Shown piece after piece: positions 39,425-48,753 of a DNA stretch of 64,000 nt; positions within the stretch are counted from its first letter, which is position 1; each line of letters starts with the position of its first letter. The translations under genes and the position numbers were made by a program. The stretch is from contig JASGHG010000001.1 in the NCBI GenBank assembly GCA_047602425.1, positions 2,912,001 to 2,976,000 of the forward strand, written 5' to 3'. A model generated the notes under the pieces. The model was not told the origin of the DNA. It searched no databases and worked only from the letters and a program-made list of their open reading frames with translations. Origin of the DNA: Nibricoccus sp. GTDB taxonomy: Bacteria; Verrucomicrobiota; Verrucomicrobiia; Opitutales; Opitutaceae.

Positions 39425-41023
39425 TTAGTTGAAGCTGGCCATGACTTCATGCTGATGTCCGGGGGCAATCGAGAGCGTGCCCACGTTGGAACATTCCTGC
39501 GTGTCGTTTTTGTAGAGCTTGAGTTGCACGGGACCGGTGGCGTCGGCGGATTCCCAGCGCCATTTGCCGATGGAGACAAATTGGAGCGGAACGCCGCGAT
39601 CCCAAGCAAGGCCGGGACCTTCGCCGCGGACGTATAATTTATTTCCGATGCCAATGTAGGCGGTGACAATCAAGCGGGTGAGTCCGTCGGCGGAAACCGC
39701 GGGAATCGCTTCGTCGGGTGCGAGTTGGGAGAAATCGCTGGCCGGTTCAAGCTCGATGCCAAGGGTGAGCTCGTTGTCGGTGACCACTGGTTTGCGAGAA
39801 GCGCGTTTGCGAATGGGCTTTTCCTCGGTGAGCAAGGCGGTCGGCACGTCCTCGGCCGCGGGCTCCAGCAAGGCGGAGGTTTCCGGAGTGGAATTTGGAG
39901 CGCGGTGGGGCGAGGTTTCCGAAAAGGACTTGGTGGCCAACGGTGGTCGGGTGGCGGGCTTTTCGGCTGGCGCGGAGCCGGTTTTGGCAATGGGGAATTT
40001 TGAAGGGGAAGGCGGGCTGTCCGCGCTCTCGGCCGAAATTTCGGCGGAGGTATTCGGAGAGTCGGAAGGAGAAATATTGGTGTCTGGCTCAACGGACGGC
40101 GCAGGCGCGGGTATTTCGAACGGGGGAGTGGTGGCCGCCTGCGTCGGAGGGCGCGAGCTGGTGCTGGTGACTGGTTTGGCCGCGATTACCGAGGGAGTTT
40201 CAGCAGCCTGGGTCGTCGCCGGCTTGGCCGCAGGAGTCTCGATTTTAGCACTGGCTATTTGTTCGGAAAGTTTGTCCGCAAAGCTGGAAAATTTCTGGTC
40301 GAGGCGGGCGATGGCGCTCGCGACGGATTCCTGGAGGGCGTCAAGGGCGGCCGTGTGGGCGGTGGAGAGGGATTTTTCAGCGGCGTGGCGGGCCGATTCG
40401 ATGGATTTCGCGGCGGAATCGGCCGACTTGCCGGCGTCGGCGGTGAAACGGGCCAGCGATGCGTTTAGCTCTTTGAGATGTTTTTGGGTGGTGGCTTCGA
40501 GGTTGGAAAGCTCGAGGGCGATCTTCCGCACGCCGGTCAGCGCGGTTTCGAGACGTTCGGTTTCGCTGGTGCGCAGCGTGTTGACCTCCTGCGAGAGGGC
40601 CTCGTTTTCGGTGACGGCGACCTCGTTGAGCTGGGTTTTGAACTCGTTGATTTTTTCCTGAAGCTTGTGGGGAAGGGCTTCACCGAGTTTGAGGGCGCGC
40701 GCGGTGTGGTCGGCGAGCGTATGCAGACTGGCGGCGGCGATGCTAATCTGTTCGGCCGAACTGGCGGTGGTTTGTGCGAGCGCGGAGATTTCGCGCTGGC
40801 GGTCGGCAAGGGCGAGGTCCTGTTTGCGCGTGTGATTCAGGACAAATGGAATGACCGCGACCACGGCGCCGAGGCAGACACAAACGGTGATGGCGATGAG
40901 CGGCAGTCCGTTGAGAGGAGCTTGGGCCTGACTGGAGATCAGAATAGCAGTGGCGACTAAGAGGGCGTCACCGGCGAGGAAGGGCCAGGGGTTGAGGGGT
41001 GGAGCCTCATCATGAATGTGCAT
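39425..41023 (-). CDS. Hypothetical membrane protein: 2 TM, coiled coil, Pro-rich linker, C-terminal CBM20-like beta domain
   Basis: Composition; IGIGNKLYVRGEGPGLAWD.GVPL....GKWRW. Confidence 0.75.
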   Translation of the reverse strand: MHIHDEAPPLNPWPFLAGDALLVATAILISSQAQAPLNGLPLIAITVCVCLGAVVAVIPFVLNHTRKQDLALADRQREISALAQTTASSAEQISIAAASLHTLADHTARALKLGEALPHKLQEKINEFKTQLNEVAVTENEALSQEVNTLRTSETERLETALTGVRKIALELSNLEATTQKHLKELNASLARFTADAGKSADSAAKSIESARHAAEKSLSTAHTAALDALQESVASAIARLDQKFSSFADKLSEQIASAKIETPAAKPATTQAAETPSVIAAKPVTSTSSRPPTQAATTPPFEIPAPAPSVEPDTNISPSDSPNTSAEISAESADSPPSPSKFPIAKTGSAPAEKPATRPPLATKSFSETSPHRAPNSTPETSALLEPAAEDVPTALLTEEKPIRKRASRKPVVTDNELTLGIELEPASDFSQLAPDEAIPAVSADGLTRLIVTAYIGIGNKLYVRGEGPGLAWDRGVPLQFVSIGKWRWESADATGPVQLKLYKNDTQECSNVGTLSIAPGHQHEVMASFN

Positions 41024-41178
41024 AGGCGATGCGCTGCGACCGAAGTTTTCTGCGACGGGAAATAATTTTTCTCAAGGCCAAAGCCACGCTGTCGCCGGCA
41101 ATTTTTTATCCAAAGGATGTGACATTGGCGACTGACTCCCTAGATCGCTTCAGTAATTTTATTGGCGGTGTCAAAATG

Positions 41179-41279
41179 TTATGTCATCTAATAGATGACA
41201 AGTGTATTTTGGGATAGTTACGATACGGAAACTCGCAGAAAATGGCGCGGATGGGTTTGTCGTCCATTAGATGACAAAC
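41179..41279. repeat. 25-bp palindrome, copies 2 and 3
   Basis: ttaTGTCATCTAaTAGATGACAagt (41179-41203); GTTTGTCgTCcattaGATGACAAAC (41255-41279). Confidence 0.7.
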
Positions 41280-41545
41280 TTGCTGGGTGGGGACGGCGGA
41301 TGGGCAACCCCGAAATGTGCAATCGAATAGGGACGTCGTTTGTTGAATTCAGATATCGTTTGCTGAAATGCCCGCCGTGTACGGAGACGTCACTTGCCCG
41401 GGATGAGACGGTGGGCGTGGCACTTGGCTGGGGGATGGAAGGGGAGCGTGGTCGTCGCGGCGGGGAGGTGGGGCGGCAGAAATCTGAGTCTGCGACGCAG
41501 GCGGGCAAAGTGGAGGCCGACCGCGGGTGGACAAAAAACAGGCCG

Positions 41546-41914
41546 TCAGAGCCGGCGCCAGATTACGGCGGCGAGCGAGAGAAGCATGCCGATGCGGATC
41601 GCGCCTTCAAAGGTGAGCACGACTAGCACCCACTTGAGGCCGCAGTTGCGCCGAATCGAATAGCCCACGATCGTGATGACGATCATCGCAGCGACTTGTC
41701 CGCGGCCAATCGGCTGGAGAAGCATCGTGAACTGCCAGAGCCAGAAGAGCACGAGGCTGGCGCTCCACCCGAAGGCAAGCGATTCGCGCGGTCCGTTTTG
41801 GCGCGGGTCGGTGCCGGCCTCGATTTGTTTCACCCCCAGGAAACGTTCGCAGGCGACGAGCTGCGCGATTTCCGCGACCATCCAGAGAGGGGTGAGATAA
41901 ACGAGGGGCCACAT
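41546..41914 (-). CDS. Hypothetical membrane protein
   Basis: Several hydrophobic segments; starts 6 nt after the upstream gene stop. Confidence 0.7.
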   Translation of the reverse strand: MWPLVYLTPLWMVAEIAQLVACERFLGVKQIEAGTDPRQNGPRESLAFGWSASLVLFWLWQFTMLLQPIGRGQVAAMIVITIVGYSIRRNCGLKWVLVVLTFEGAIRIGMLLSLAAVIWRRL

Positions 41915-41920
41915 GCCAAC

Positions 41921-42439
41921 TCAGGGTTTGGCGCTGACGGTGAGTTCGGTCACTTCGCGACTGAAAACGAGGGTCTGCTTGATCGCGCCGTCGCGCAAAT
42001 CGACCGAGTTGATCTGGTCGGGGAGGCGTTCGAGGAGAAGGGTATTCGCGACGCGCAGGCCTTGGAGGCTGCCATTGAGCGGGGTTTCAAAAAAGAGAAA
42101 GAGCTGTTTTTCCGCGACGTCGTGGCCAGCCCACTCCAGGCGAAGAGCGTCGCCGCGCGGAGAGGTGAGGCGGAGTTTTTCGCGCACATACTCGAGAGCG
42201 AGGGGGGCGAGTTCGCCGGGTTCGGAGGCGGAGATTTTATGTTTGGCGCGTTCGGAGAGGACGGCTTCGAGGTCGGCGGTTTGTACGCGAACGGTGAGAA
42301 GGAGGCGGCCGCGTTCGCGGTTGAGAGTGGCCTCGGTCAGGCTGAGATGAAGGGGGGCCGATGGCTCGGCTCGCAGCGGCGAGAACACACAGGCGAGAAT
42401 AAGAAGACAGACGAGACGAGGGAGTCTGGCGATAAGCAT
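41921..42439 (-). CDS. Hypothetical exported protein (DUF6702-like)
   Basis: Signal peptide; LHLSLTE, DLE.VL, NTLLLE.LPDQIN.V. Confidence 0.65.
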   Translation of the reverse strand: MLIARLPRLVCLLILACVFSPLRAEPSAPLHLSLTEATLNRERGRLLLTVRVQTADLEAVLSERAKHKISASEPGELAPLALEYVREKLRLTSPRGDALRLEWAGHDVAEKQLFLFFETPLNGSLQGLRVANTLLLERLPDQINSVDLRDGAIKQTLVFSREVTELTVSAKP

Positions 42440-42639
42440 GAGATGAAGAATGGGCAGGCGGGCGGGCCGGATGTTCCGGGAAAATTTACCGAAGGGCAAC
42501 CGCGAGCTGGCGCAGCTTGACGATTTTTTGCACGGATTGGGCTAAAATTGATGCAACGCCCACCGGTGTTGGGCGTCTATTTTCAGCGGGGCTGCGCTGG
42601 ACAAGTACCCCGCCGACCGAATAAACACTCTTCACCACC

Positions 42640-43095
42640 ATGCATCACACATACCCTGCCCACTCAAGGTGTCGCCAGGCCAAAGCGGCCGTGCGCGCCT
42701 TCACTGTTCTCGAAATGATGGTCGTTATCGCGATCATCGCCATGCTTGTCGGCCTGACAGTGACCAATTTCGACAAGATTATTGGCGATACGCGCGGCAA
42801 GACCGCTGAGATGTTCGTCAAGAGCAGCATCAAGGTCCCTATGCAGCAATATAACATGGCGATGGGCGACTATCCCAGCACGGCAGAAGGTTTGCAGGCA
42901 TTGGTGACCGCCCCCTCAAGCAAAGCAGATCGTTGGAAAGGGCCTTACTTGGAAGGCGGGAAATTGCCGGCCGATCCGTGGGGTGAGCCTTATCAATATC
43001 GATATCCCGGCACGAAGAATAAGAACGGTTACGACATCTGGTCCAAAGGTCAGGATAAACAGGACGGCACCGAAGACGACGTCGGCAACTGGTAA
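42640..43095 (+). CDS. gspG: Type II secretion major pseudopilin
   Basis: RA/FTVLEMMVV, YPST.EGLQALV, WKGPYL, DPWG.PYQY..PG, DDVGNW. Confidence 0.93.
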   Translation: MHHTYPAHSRCRQAKAAVRAFTVLEMMVVIAIIAMLVGLTVTNFDKIIGDTRGKTAEMFVKSSIKVPMQQYNMAMGDYPSTAEGLQALVTAPSSKADRWKGPYLEGGKLPADPWGEPYQYRYPGTKNKNGYDIWSKGQDKQDGTEDDVGNW

Positions 43096-43101
43096 ACTTC
43101 T

Positions 43102-43665
43102 GTGCCAACTGAGGCACAACGGCAGAGACAGGACCGCGTGATTCAACGTTTACATCGTTATCGCGCGTTCACCGTCTTGGAGGTCATGGTGGTCATCGCC
43201 TTGATCTCCTTGCTTGCGGCTGTGCTGGTGACGGGTGGTTTGCATCTTACTCGCGAAGGTTCGGCCACTCCGGAAGAAACCTTCTGGAATGCCGTGACTG
43301 AAGCGCGTCGCATGGCGCTGCTTTCGGGACGCGATGTCCATATGAGTTTCGTTGGCGCGGCAAAGGGCGAGAAGGAACGGGCGCTCGTGATTCGCGCCTT
43401 GGACGGCACCGAAAAACGCATTCCTTTCGAGCCAACGTCGGGCGAACTGATCATGGATTTTCTTTCCGCGCAAAAAGGCGGGGCGTCGATTCTGCTGGCC
43501 AGCCAGATTGTGGAAACCTCCACGGTCCCTTATGTGACATTTTATGGCGATGGCACCTGCTCGCCCTTCCGCGTACAAATTCGCACTGGAGGCGAGGCCC
43601 GCCAATTGAGGATCGATCCTTGGACCTGTGCGTTGGTTTTGCCGGGCACGGAGGAGAAAAAATGA
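43102..43665 (+). CDS. gspH: Minor pseudopilin, GspH-like (start uncertain)
   Basis: RA/FTVLEVMVV; F..DG...PF; position after gspG. Confidence 0.75.
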   Translation: MPTEAQRQRQDRVIQRLHRYRAFTVLEVMVVIALISLLAAVLVTGGLHLTREGSATPEETFWNAVTEARRMALLSGRDVHMSFVGAAKGEKERALVIRALDGTEKRIPFEPTSGELIMDFLSAQKGGASILLASQIVETSTVPYVTFYGDGTCSPFRVQIRTGGEARQLRIDPWTCALVLPGTEEKK

Positions 43666-44219
43666 GCTTCCGCCGCAAAGGTTTCACCGTGATCGAAGTA
43701 ATGGTCGCCATGGCGATCTTTTTCGGTGCGGTCGTGGTTTTTGCCGGCTCCTACCTCGATATTCTCAATGCCTACGCGAAGATCGAAAACGACGGCGACT
43801 ACAAGAACGACGTGAAGTTCGCCCGCGCGATGCTCATGGCCGAGCCCGATCTGGAGACGGTCGAAAAAGGCGCCGACTTCGAAACGGTGGGCGGTCATCG
43901 CATCAGCTGGAAAGCCACGATTGAGGGAACGAATGTCGCCGACCTTTTCGCGGTGACTTTCGATTGCGACATCAATTCCGCCGAACTCAAGGAACCGCTG
44001 CATATCACCGAAAAATTCCGTTTGCTGCGTCCGACGTGGTCGAAGCCGGAGGACCGCGACAAGCTTCGCGCCGACGCGCGCACCCGCATCCAGGAAATGC
44101 AGGGCAACAATGGTGGCGACAGTAGTGGCGGCGGCACTACAAGTGGTGGAACCATCGGGGGGGGATCGACGAACCGAAACGGCAATACTTCGAGACCAGC
44201 TGGAGGAAACCGCCGATGA
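43662..44219 (+). CDS. gspI: Minor pseudopilin, GspI-like
   Basis: RKG/FTVIEVMVAMAIF; ATGA overlap; gene order. Confidence 0.72.
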   Translation: MSFRRKGFTVIEVMVAMAIFFGAVVVFAGSYLDILNAYAKIENDGDYKNDVKFARAMLMAEPDLETVEKGADFETVGGHRISWKATIEGTNVADLFAVTFDCDINSAELKEPLHITEKFRLLRPTWSKPEDRDKLRADARTRIQEMQGNNGGDSSGGGTTSGGTIGGGSTNRNGNTSRPAGGNRR

Positions 44220-44860
44220 AACGCCGCGCTGCCTTCACCATGCTCGAGATCCTCATCGCGGTCACGATGGTGGGCATGCTGCTGCTGGCGCTGAACACCT
44301 TCATTTTTTCGATGGGCGAACTTTGGGGACGCAATTCCGAGCCGCGCCTCTTCGAACAGCACGTGCGCAACGTCACTCGTTTCCTCCAGCAGGAGCTTGA
44401 GCGTGCCGCGTTGCCGCCTGCCGGGCGCAGCGGCCAGAACGCAATCGCGTTGAAGGAAATCAAACCGCAAAACGGTTCCACGGAAAACCTGATCACCTTC
44501 GAACTGCCGCAGGGCAGCCGCCTTATTCACTGGCCGGGTCGAGCGCTTCCCGACGTCGAATGTTCGCTCCAAGTACGGGAGCGCGAAGGCTTGTACCTCC
44601 TCTGGCATTCGCGGTTGGAAAAGAATTTCGAGGATGAGGCGCCGCGCGAAACGGTGATCACTCCGCTCGTGACCGCGCTGGCTTACGATTACTACGATAC
44701 GGATTTCAAACGCTGGAAAACCGAAAACAACCTCCAGCGCGATTCCACCGGCAAATATCTGACGCCGCAACGGCTGCGCTTGAAATTCACCTACGAAAAA
44801 CTCACGCGCGAGACCGTTGTCACGCTGCCTAACACCACGGAGGGATTGCCGCAATTCTAG
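44216..44860 (+). CDS. gspJ: Minor pseudopilin, GspJ-like
   Basis: RAA/FTMLEILIA; C-terminal P..LRL.F; ATGA overlap. Confidence 0.72.
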   Translation: MKRRAAFTMLEILIAVTMVGMLLLALNTFIFSMGELWGRNSEPRLFEQHVRNVTRFLQQELERAALPPAGRSGQNAIALKEIKPQNGSTENLITFELPQGSRLIHWPGRALPDVECSLQVREREGLYLLWHSRLEKNFEDEAPRETVITPLVTALAYDYYDTDFKRWKTENNLQRDSTGKYLTPQRLRLKFTYEKLTRETVVTLPNTTEGLPQF

Positions 44861-44861
44861 C

Positions 44862-46052
44862 ATGAACCCGCGCGTTCCAACCTCTCTTCCCTGCGAGCTC
44901 GTTCTGGCGCGTCCCGCGCCCGTAGCTCGCCGCGCACGCGGTTCGGTGTTGCTCGTCGTGTTGGTGACGATCGCTTTTGTGACCGTTGCGTTGACCGCCT
45001 TTATCGAGCGTTCAATGAACGACCTGCTGGTCGAACACCGCGCCTACGCCGCGAACCGCTTGCGCCTCGAAGCGTGCTCCGTGCTGGAAACGACGCTGGC
45101 CGTGCTGGAGGATTTTCGTCTTGCGAATGGTTCGTTGAAAAGCCCGGCCGAAGGCTGGGGCGATCCGTTGACCTGGGTCGGTTACGAACCAGCCGAAGGA
45201 CACAAGGTCGAGGTTACCTTCATCGACGAGAGCGGAAAGTTTTCCCTCCCCAATGTCACCCAGTCGACGCTTCTGAACCTCTTCAAAGACTGGGGCCTTT
45301 CCCAGTCCGAAGGCGAAATCATCGCCGACGCCATCCTCGGTTGGATGAAGGCCGATTACGTGCCGACCTCGGCCAGTGCGCCCGACAAGGACGACTATGA
45401 ACGCGAGGAAATCCCCTTCACGCCACCCGGCCGTCCGATGCGCTCCTTCGACGAACTCGCGACGATTGCGGTGGCTCGCGATGTTTTTTACGATGACGCA
45501 GGCCAGCCGAACGAATTGTGGCACCGTTTCGCGTCCGCTTTCTCGTTGTATAGCTATCAGAGTCCCAGCCTCAACGGCGCGACACCCGAGCTGCTGGCAG
45601 GCCTTGGGGCCTCCGACGCCAACCAGCAGAAACAACTTAACGATTACCTTGCGGGGCGAGGCGTGTACGAGAGCAACGGCCCCGGCTTTTTCAAATCCGC
45701 TGCCGATGCCGCCACCATCCTCGGCGCGCAATCTCCTGCCACGCAACTCGACACGCAAATTCGTGCCCTGCGCATTATCGTGACGGTTCGCGAAGGCCGC
45801 TCAGCCTATCGAATCAACGCTCTCATCGCTCCGCCGAACGGCGCAACCATTCCGGCCGCCGCGCCGCCTCGTAAAGCTGACACCACCAAGCAAAACGAGG
45901 GTCAGACCAGTAACAACCCGCCTACGCCCGCCGTCAGCAACACTTCCGGCGCCACTCAAACCGCAAAAAAACTCAATTATCCCTTTACGATCTTGGAATT
46001 CCGCGAAAACGATGAGATGCCTAGTCCGATAACCCCACCCACCAGCTCCTGA
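44862..46052 (+). CDS. gspK: Minor pseudopilin GspK
   Basis: RG/SVLLVVL lacking E5, IDESGKF, IADAILGW, SFDEL. Confidence 0.82.
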   Translation: MNPRVPTSLPCELVLARPAPVARRARGSVLLVVLVTIAFVTVALTAFIERSMNDLLVEHRAYAANRLRLEACSVLETTLAVLEDFRLANGSLKSPAEGWGDPLTWVGYEPAEGHKVEVTFIDESGKFSLPNVTQSTLLNLFKDWGLSQSEGEIIADAILGWMKADYVPTSASAPDKDDYEREEIPFTPPGRPMRSFDELATIAVARDVFYDDAGQPNELWHRFASAFSLYSYQSPSLNGATPELLAGLGASDANQQKQLNDYLAGRGVYESNGPGFFKSAADAATILGAQSPATQLDTQIRALRIIVTVREGRSAYRINALIAPPNGATIPAAAPPRKADTTKQNEGQTSNNPPTPAVSNTSGATQTAKKLNYPFTILEFRENDEMPSPITPPTSS

Positions 46053-46054
46053 GC

Positions 46055-47194
46055 ATGCAACTGCCAGCCCGTTTCAAACTCACCGTGCCCACGCGGAAAG
46101 TCGTGTTGCTTCCCGACACGCACTTTTTCTGCCGGACCGTGCCGGTGCCCGCAATGGCTTCGCCGGCGGAAGTCGCCGGGCAGGTCGAAATTGCGCTGGA
46201 AGGCATGGCTCCTTTCCCGGTCGCGCAAATGTACCACGGACACTATTGGCGTTCGGGTGCGCGAAACGCCCTCGTCTACGCGGCCTACCGCAAACGTTTT
46301 CCCTCCGAGCAGGTTGAAACTTGGGCCGACGCGGAAGCGGTGATGCCGGCCTTCGCCAGCATGTTGCACGCGAAAGTCGCAGGCTCGACCACGCTCCTGA
46401 TTTGGGCGGAAAAAACACTTACCGCCATTCGTTGGGAAGATCCTTTCGACGCCCCGATCAGCGTCCATGCCCGTGAATTGCCGCCGGATTTCAAACCCGA
46501 GGATCGCGACGCCTTGCGTGACGATCTCCTGCGCATCTCGGGCGCCAGCATTCACGTCGCTGAGACCGAAGCGGCGCCGACGCTGGACTCGGCCGCCTCG
46601 CAGGACGACGAGTACCTTTTCCGCAGCACGTCCTACGACTCCAACTTTACCCGCGAGGAGATGGACGTGCTCGACGTGCGCGACAAAGAGGAGCTTCAAA
46701 GCCGGCGTCGCGCGCGTTCGCGCGACCTTATTCTTTGGCGTGTATTGCTTGGTTGCGCTGCGACCATCGCCTTGTGCTTGCTCCTGGAAGGCACGGTCTT
46801 CGGCCTCGGGATCTGGCAGAAAAATCGCGAAAACCTGGTGCGCGAGCAGACGCCTCAAGTGGAAAAGATCAAACAAACCAACAGCTTGGTTTTGCAGGTC
46901 GAAGAACGCTCCACCAAACGCATTCGCCCCTTTGAGATGTTGACGCTCCTCGACGGAAAGCTGCCGGCTTCGGTCGTATTTTCCCGGGCGACGGTGAAAG
47001 ACCTCTACACCTTGGAAATCGAAGCCTCCGCCACCAATCCGAGCGACACCGATCTCTTCCGCGTGACGCTCAGCAGTCTGCCCTTCTGCGAAAGCGTCGA
47101 CGTCAAACTCCAACCAGCCCAAGCCGGCCGCAATCCGTTCCGCGCCACGGTTAAATTCCGGCCCAACGCCTTTCAAGGATTCACGCAGTCATGA
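46055..47194 (+). CDS. GspL/PilN-like assembly platform protein
   Basis: Cytoplasmic domain, single TM, coiled coil, LP..V.F ferredoxin-like tail; gene order. Confidence 0.65.
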   Translation: MQLPARFKLTVPTRKVVLLPDTHFFCRTVPVPAMASPAEVAGQVEIALEGMAPFPVAQMYHGHYWRSGARNALVYAAYRKRFPSEQVETWADAEAVMPAFASMLHAKVAGSTTLLIWAEKTLTAIRWEDPFDAPISVHARELPPDFKPEDRDALRDDLLRISGASIHVAETEAAPTLDSAASQDDEYLFRSTSYDSNFTREEMDVLDVRDKEELQSRRRARSRDLILWRVLLGCAATIALCLLLEGTVFGLGIWQKNRENLVREQTPQVEKIKQTNSLVLQVEERSTKRIRPFEMLTLLDGKLPASVVFSRATVKDLYTLEIEASATNPSDTDLFRVTLSSLPFCESVDVKLQPAQAGRNPFRATVKFRPNAFQGFTQS

Positions 47195-47799
47195 AAGCCT
47201 TGAAACTCCCCAAACTTTCCATGCGTGCGGCCCCCAAACTGCGGCTGCCGAAACACGCGTCGCTCCTAAAAGTCTTTTTTCTCACGCGTGCGCTTCGCGA
47301 AAAAGTCCTTTTGCTGGCCTTTATCCTGATCGTCACCGTGACCTGGCTCAGTAGCGTTGCCGGGCGAACCAGCAAATTTAGAAGCCATTTCAAGGAGACT
47401 TCGACCGAACTCGAAACCCAGGCCGAATGGCTCAAAAATCAAGCCCGCATCGACGCCAACGCCAAGGCCGCAGTCGAGCATCTTGATCCCGCCAAAACTT
47501 ACGACGGCGTGCGCCTGCAATCGGAAATCGTTTCGATTTTGCAACGCGTCGGAATAACCACGGGTTACAGTGCCGATCCTGCAGTTTCCGAGCGGGCCAG
47601 CGTCTTCACCAAGCACTCGATCCAAGTCACCATTCGCAACGTGGAATATGCCGCGCTCGTGAAATTCTATCTCGAGATCATCAAGCAGACGCCATACATC
47701 GGCTTCGACCAGGTGAATATCACGGTTCCCAGCAACAATAACAACCGGAACATCCACAACGCGACAATGCGCATCACTTCGGTCGAGTTGGTGAAGTGA
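47191..47799 (+). CDS. GspM/PilO-like protein
   Basis: REKVLL + TM + coiled coil + Y..LVKF; ATGA overlap. Confidence 0.68.
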   Translation: MKALKLPKLSMRAAPKLRLPKHASLLKVFFLTRALREKVLLLAFILIVTVTWLSSVAGRTSKFRSHFKETSTELETQAEWLKNQARIDANAKAAVEHLDPAKTYDGVRLQSEIVSILQRVGITTGYSADPAVSERASVFTKHSIQVTIRNVEYAALVKFYLEIIKQTPYIGFDQVNITVPSNNNNRNIHNATMRITSVELVK

Positions 47800-47954
47800 A
47801 CGCCGCGGATATTTGAAATCGCGCAAAAATTAAGCGGTTTCAAATTCGCGAAAAAACCAGCCGACAAAACAGGGCAAACTTTTCGCTCGGATCTACGGCG
47901 GGAATTGCGGTTTCCTTTTGCCAGGCGCGACTCCTGCTGGTGAAGTCGCCCTTT

Positions 47955-48563
47955 ATGTTGCTCGATATTCCCAAAGGCGATTTCGCCGGTTTTATCTTCG
48001 ATCTTGATGGTACACTCGTCGACACCATGCCGCTCCACTACTTGGCGTGGGATGAGGCGATGCACGACGTCGGTCTGAAAGAGAAATTGAGCGAAGATCT
48101 TTTCTATTCGCTCGGCGGGGTGCCGACACGTCTCGTGGCCGAAAAAATCGCGCAACACTACGGACTCACGATCGATTCCGCCGCCGTGATGCACAACAAG
48201 GAACAGCTCTATCTCAAGCTCGTGCATCAAGCGCAACCCATCGGTCCGGTTGTGGAATTTCTCGAAAGCATGGCGTCCAAATTTCCGTGCGCGATTGCCA
48301 CGGGCGGCACGCCCGATGTGGCGTTGCCCGCGCTCGAAGCCGCCGGCTTGCGGTCGCATTTCAAGGTCATCGTCACGCCGCTCGACGTCCCTCCTGGTCG
48401 CGGCAAACCTGCGCCCGACATGTTTCTGCTCGCAGCTAAAAAAATCGGCGTGGCTCCGGAGAAATGCCTCGTTTTCGAAGACGCAGAGCCCGGCATTGTC
48501 GCCGCCAAAGCCGCAGGAATGAAAGTCGTGCACGTCCCCAGCCGCCGCTACGGCAAAAAGTAG
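47955..48563 (+). CDS. HAD family phosphatase (beta-PGM/YqaB-like)
   Basis: FDLDGTLVDT, GKPAPD.FL, VFEDA..GI.AAKAAGM. Confidence 0.92.
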   Translation: MLLDIPKGDFAGFIFDLDGTLVDTMPLHYLAWDEAMHDVGLKEKLSEDLFYSLGGVPTRLVAEKIAQHYGLTIDSAAVMHNKEQLYLKLVHQAQPIGPVVEFLESMASKFPCAIATGGTPDVALPALEAAGLRSHFKVIVTPLDVPPGRGKPAPDMFLLAAKKIGVAPEKCLVFEDAEPGIVAAKAAGMKVVHVPSRRYGKK

Positions 48564-48574
48564 TCCTGAGGATT

Positions 48575-48682
48575 GCCACAAAAAGCACAGAAATTTCCCC
48601 GGCTCCGTCAAAATCCCCTGCGCGCCTATAGGCACGATGGAGAGTTGAGGAAAAACCTTGGAATTTTTGCGCCTTTTGTGGC
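48575..48682. repeat. Short element with 21-bp imperfect terminal inverted repeats
   Basis: GCCACAAAAAGCACAGAAATT vs reverse complement of AATTTTTGCGCCTTTTGTGGC: 18/21. Confidence 0.6.
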
Positions 48683-48753
48683 GAAAAATCCGGCCCACTG
48701 TACTGCCTCGTGCCTGCAATAAAGACTTCCGCCTGTCGGCCGGTTCCGCTTGA

